Below, one piece after another: positions 60,434-64,000 of a DNA stretch of 64,000 nucleotides. Below the pieces are notes generated by a model. That model was not told where the DNA came from. It ran no database searches and saw nothing but the letters and a program-made list of their open reading frames with translations. This DNA comes from Candidatus Bathyarchaeota archaeon (GTDB taxonomy: Archaea; Thermoproteota; Bathyarchaeia; Bathyarchaeales; Bathycorpusculaceae), in the NCBI GenBank assembly GCA_963811105.1, contig CAWEPZ010000002.1:128001-192000 (forward strand). Direction: 5' to 3'. Made by a program: the position numbers and the translations under genes. Numbering within the stretch: position 1 is the first letter of the stretch; every line of letters begins with the position of its first letter.

Positions 60434-60695
60434 TCTCTATAGGTAACAATGAAAGCTTTCGGCTGCAGTTTGGGCATTTCCCACCATGTTGCGAAATAAT
60501 TTCATCTGGCGGTCTAAGCTCAGGGCCTTCATATAAAACATGATTGCACCCATGACAAATAACGCGTTGCGGCATCCCAAATCCCCCGAATTATACATGA
60601 CTCTGGAATATTTATTGATTGCTAACAAACTAACTTTCCTTTTGAGATAATGGATTTGAACTTTAAGTAAAGGTTATTCTGGGAGAAGAATACTT

Positions 60696-62802
60696 TTGGA
60701 TATTCAAGTGTGTTCACTTTTGTCTTTAGGAAAATACACGCTGATTATAACAGAAAAACCTGATGCCGCAAAAAGAATAGCGGCCGCTTTAGATAATGAT
60801 GGGAATGCCAAAAAATTAATTGATAATGGTGTTCCATTTTATCAGGCTAATCGAAACGGCGAAATTATCGTTGTGCCAGCGCTCGGGCATCTATATACAA
60901 TTGATAGTAAAGAGCGAAATAGTCGGGACTACCCAGTTTTTGATTATCAGTGGGTCCCAAGGTATTTAGTTGAACGAGGGGCATCAAGGATCCGGGTTTG
61001 GTTAAAAGTAATTGCTAAGCTAGCCAAAAATGCTGAAGTTTTCATAGATGCCTGCGATTTTGATATTGAAGGCAGCATTATCGGATATTGTATCCTCAAA
61101 TATGCATGCGGGAGCAAAGAAGAAACTGCCAAACGGATGAAATATTCAACGTTAACAAGAGAAGAACTTCAAGAATCATACGATCAAGTGTTGCCGCATT
61201 TGGACTTTCCTTTGATTAATGCTGGTTTGGCAAGGCATGAAATCGATTGGCTTTATGGAATAAACTTGTCCAGAGCCTTGACGACAGCTGTCAAAAGCAA
61301 CAGTGGGCAATACGCTACAATCAGCACTGGCAGAGTTCAAGGGCCAACTCTCAAATTTCTAGAACACCGCGAAAAAACCATAAAATGTTTCGTCCCTACC
61401 CCTTATTGGAATATAGTAGCCAAAATCGCGATAAACAATACAATCATCGCGGTTGAATATGAAAAAATTCTTGAAAGCAAGCCAGAAGCAACCCTAGTTT
61501 TGGATTCTTGTAAAACCAAGGAAGCGAATGTGGAAGAAGTTGAGGTAAGAGAGTTTAAGTTGAGTCCACCTTTCCCCTTTGACTTGGGCGCCTTGCAAAA
61601 TGAAGCGTACCGAATTTTCCATTACACGCCAATACGCACTTTAAACATAGCTCAACATCTGTACCTAGACGCATTAATCTCATATCCAAGAACAAGCAGT
61701 CAAAAACTTCCACCAGCAATTGGCTATATGGACATTTTGAGAAAGATAGGTAAAGCTTCTCTTTATTCGAAACATGCCTGTAAATTACTTTCTAAACCAA
61801 CGTTAGAGCCAAATGAAGGCGAAAAATCCGATCCAGCGCATCCTGCCATTTATCCCACAGGAAACCTGCCTGAAAAACCAATTGGCATTCCTGAAAGAAA
61901 CATTTTTGATCTTGTCGTGCGTAGGTTCATCGCCGTTTTCGGTGAGCCAGCAATTAGATCAAACAGTGACATTAGTTGTAAGCATTAATGGAAACCATTT
62001 TCAACTAACTGCAATACGAACATTAAGTGATGGGTGGCTTGAATTTTACAAACCCTATGTTGAGCTAAAAGACGTAACTCTGCCAGCCTTAACAAAGGGA
62101 CAAAAAGTAGCTGTTAAGAGGGTTGTCCTGAAGGATAATTTTACTAAACCGCCTCCACGGCATAATCCTCGCAGCTTGCTTATGAAAATGGAAAAAGAAG
62201 AAATTGGAACTAAAGCAACTAGAGCAGGAATCATACAAACATTATGCGACCGCAAATATCTCAACGGAACTAGTAGTCTTGTTGTTTCTGACCTTGGTTT
62301 TGAAGTCATCGAAATATTGGAGCGGTTTTGTCCAACAGTTGTATCCTCTGAGTTGACAAGGGAACTGGAGCAGGAAATGAATCAAATTCAGTTAGGAGCA
62401 CAAACGAAACAAACAGTTCTACAAAATGCGATTAAAATTCTAAAACCAGTTATATCAGAACTTAAAGCAAAACAATCAGCAATTGGTTCACAACTAAGCG
62501 ATGCATTGAAAAAATCACGGATAGATGAAAAAACAATTGGTGCATGTACCAAATGTGCTGACGGAAAACTAGTGATTTTGCGTTCGAAAAAAACGGGAAA
62601 ACGCTTTGTTGGCTGCACAAACTATTTTGAAAAAAAATGCAACCTTACTTTTCCGCTACCACAAAATGGTACAGTAAAACCCTTATATAGCGCCTGTAAA
62701 ATCTGCGGTTCACCTACAATTTACTTGCTGACAAGATTGAAAAAGCCCTTGAAATTGTGCATTAATCCTAATTGTTTATCAAAAGGAGTTAGGAAGGGAT
62801 GA
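60696..62802 (+). CDS. topA: Type IA DNA topoisomerase, with an apparent 1-nt insertion at about 61959
   Basis: TEKP, GHL, DACDFDIEG, GRVQ, ISYPRT, AHPAI; second frame IGTKATR, LTRELE, C-terminal zinc ribbons. Confidence 0.93.
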
Positions 62803-63023
62803 AATGCAAGATTTGCAACAAAACTGCGATTAAGCAGGAATTTTGCCTTTTACATTTGCAAGCATACCAAAATATTTTGGAGAAATTTGAGAAGTGGAAG
62901 ATTGCATCTGATGTTTCTTGGACTGAGTATTTGGGTATGATTCAGAAAAATTCATTAACAGGAGAATGGGCTAAAGATGTAGCAAAGCACTTAATGATGG
63001 AAGGGAAAGAGAATGTCAAATAA
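62799..63023 (+). CDS. Small Cys/His hypothetical protein
   Basis: CKIC...FCLLH; ATGA overlap with topA. Confidence 0.7.
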   Translation: MKCKICNKTAIKQEFCLLHLQAYQNILEKFEKWKIASDVSWTEYLGMIQKNSLTGEWAKDVAKHLMMEGKENVK

Positions 63024-63438
63024 AATCAAGAAAAGTTCTTCATCTTTATCCTTTTCGCTGAGCCGATGGTTCCGCAGAATCTCTTCAAATGCTCCTTCAA
63101 TAACCATAATTACAGTAGCCACAATTTCATATGTTATTTTCATTCTTGGTGGGGGTTTGTACACTCTTATTAATCGTCCTCTTCCATCTGCTTACGTTAA
63201 CAATAAATTCTATTTCCTTTACCCACAACTCAGTAATCAATTCATTTCAGACACTGTAATTGCAATCATTTTGTACGCTCTAGGCTTCGCCGGTCTGCTA
63301 ATTATTTACCAAAGTACAAAAAGTGCTTATAATCCAAGACAAGCTTATATGATGCTGGTCATTGGTGTAACATTCATGCTGCTATCATACATATTCTTGG
63401 AAGGCGCGATATCCTTCAAATCAACTGGTGGGCAGTAA
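63013..63438 (+). CDS. OST3/OST6 (DC2/OSTC)-like oligosaccharyltransferase accessory subunit
   Basis: 3 TM helices; PS...SY...GGGLY.LI..P...FLY.QLSNQF..D...LYALG..GL. Confidence 0.65.
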   Translation: MSNKIKKSSSSLSFSLSRWFRRISSNAPSITIITVATISYVIFILGGGLYTLINRPLPSAYVNNKFYFLYPQLSNQFISDTVIAIILYALGFAGLLIIYQSTKSAYNPRQAYMMLVIGVTFMLLSYIFLEGAISFKSTGGQ

Positions 63439-63805
63439 ACCCGCCTTTTTCCTTTTTCAAATTCATGCCACCGAGGTTTCAGTCTCTGTCTCTAAATGCT
63501 TTTTGATAGAACTTTAGGTTGTAAACAACATCAGTTATGAACTTTCCAATACTTTTGGTTTATGAAATGTTGCCTTCTGTCTGAATCGTCCACTTGAAAC
63601 CTAACATTAGAGTTAGCTCAACTTGAACTGTATTTTTCCAGACCCTTTGTTTACGCTTTGAGGGTACATTAAAGTAATTTTGGTAGACAACCTGCAAACA
63701 CTTCAAACCCGATTTTGTAAAATCTTAGGGTAATAAAAGTTAAATAGGAACGACAAAACTTTTTAGCTGTAAAAGTTTAGGAAAAAACTAAAATTTGCTT
63801 AAGGA

Positions 63806-64000
63806 ATGCCTTTGAAACCGTTTGATGTGTGGATGTGTACCCATAATAGCGAAGAATTGTTACCTGTAGTTCTACCTCAGATTAGTCGAGTTATCCCAAT
63901 CATAAACAGAAAGTTCATCGTTGATGATTTTTCTACCGATAACACAAAAACAGTTGCGAAAAGTTTAGGCTGGCAAGTTTTTGGCAATATGAAGAGAGGA
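63806..64000 (+). CDS. Glycosyltransferase family 2, 3'-truncated by the window edge
   Basis: Translated by hand: MPLKPFDVWMCTHNSEELL...IVDDFSTDNT. Confidence 0.8.
   Translation, partial: MPLKPFDVWMCTHNSEELLPVVLPQISRVIPIINRKFIVDDFSTDNTKTVAKSLGWQVFGNMKRG

Overview
Archaeal chromosome segment. Gene content and order (PolB1, thermosome, prefoldin beta, Sua5, AglB/AglH, DUF2096, DUF3194, PEF-CTERM-like sorting signal, OST3/6-like subunit) are most consistent with a TACK archaeon, probably Bathyarchaeia; this is an inference. Layout: (1) 1-9.1 kb is a lipid/envelope cluster. An NDP-sugar epimerase, a DGGGP synthase and a divergent tetraether synthase (Tes) form an operon, back-to-back with an atypical CobS/CobY pair and a second radical SAM enzyme (candidate GMGT-synthase family), followed by glycosyltransferases and CobZ/PgpA. 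(2) 9.3-15.6 kb is an AT-rich accessory patch: a PIN remnant, a response regulator and a split GT4/six-hairpin/GH130 module. (3) 15.9-19 kb is the canonical cobamide cobT-cobS-cobY block. (4) 19-38 kb is housekeeping. (5) 38.3-52 kb is a mosaic island with defence-like and decayed genes. (6) 52-64 kb holds replication and N-glycosylation genes. Several single-base frameshifts, including one in topA, suggest indel errors in the assembly. No rRNA, intact tRNA, CRISPR array or integrase was seen. All family assignments come from motif recognition by eye, not database searches.
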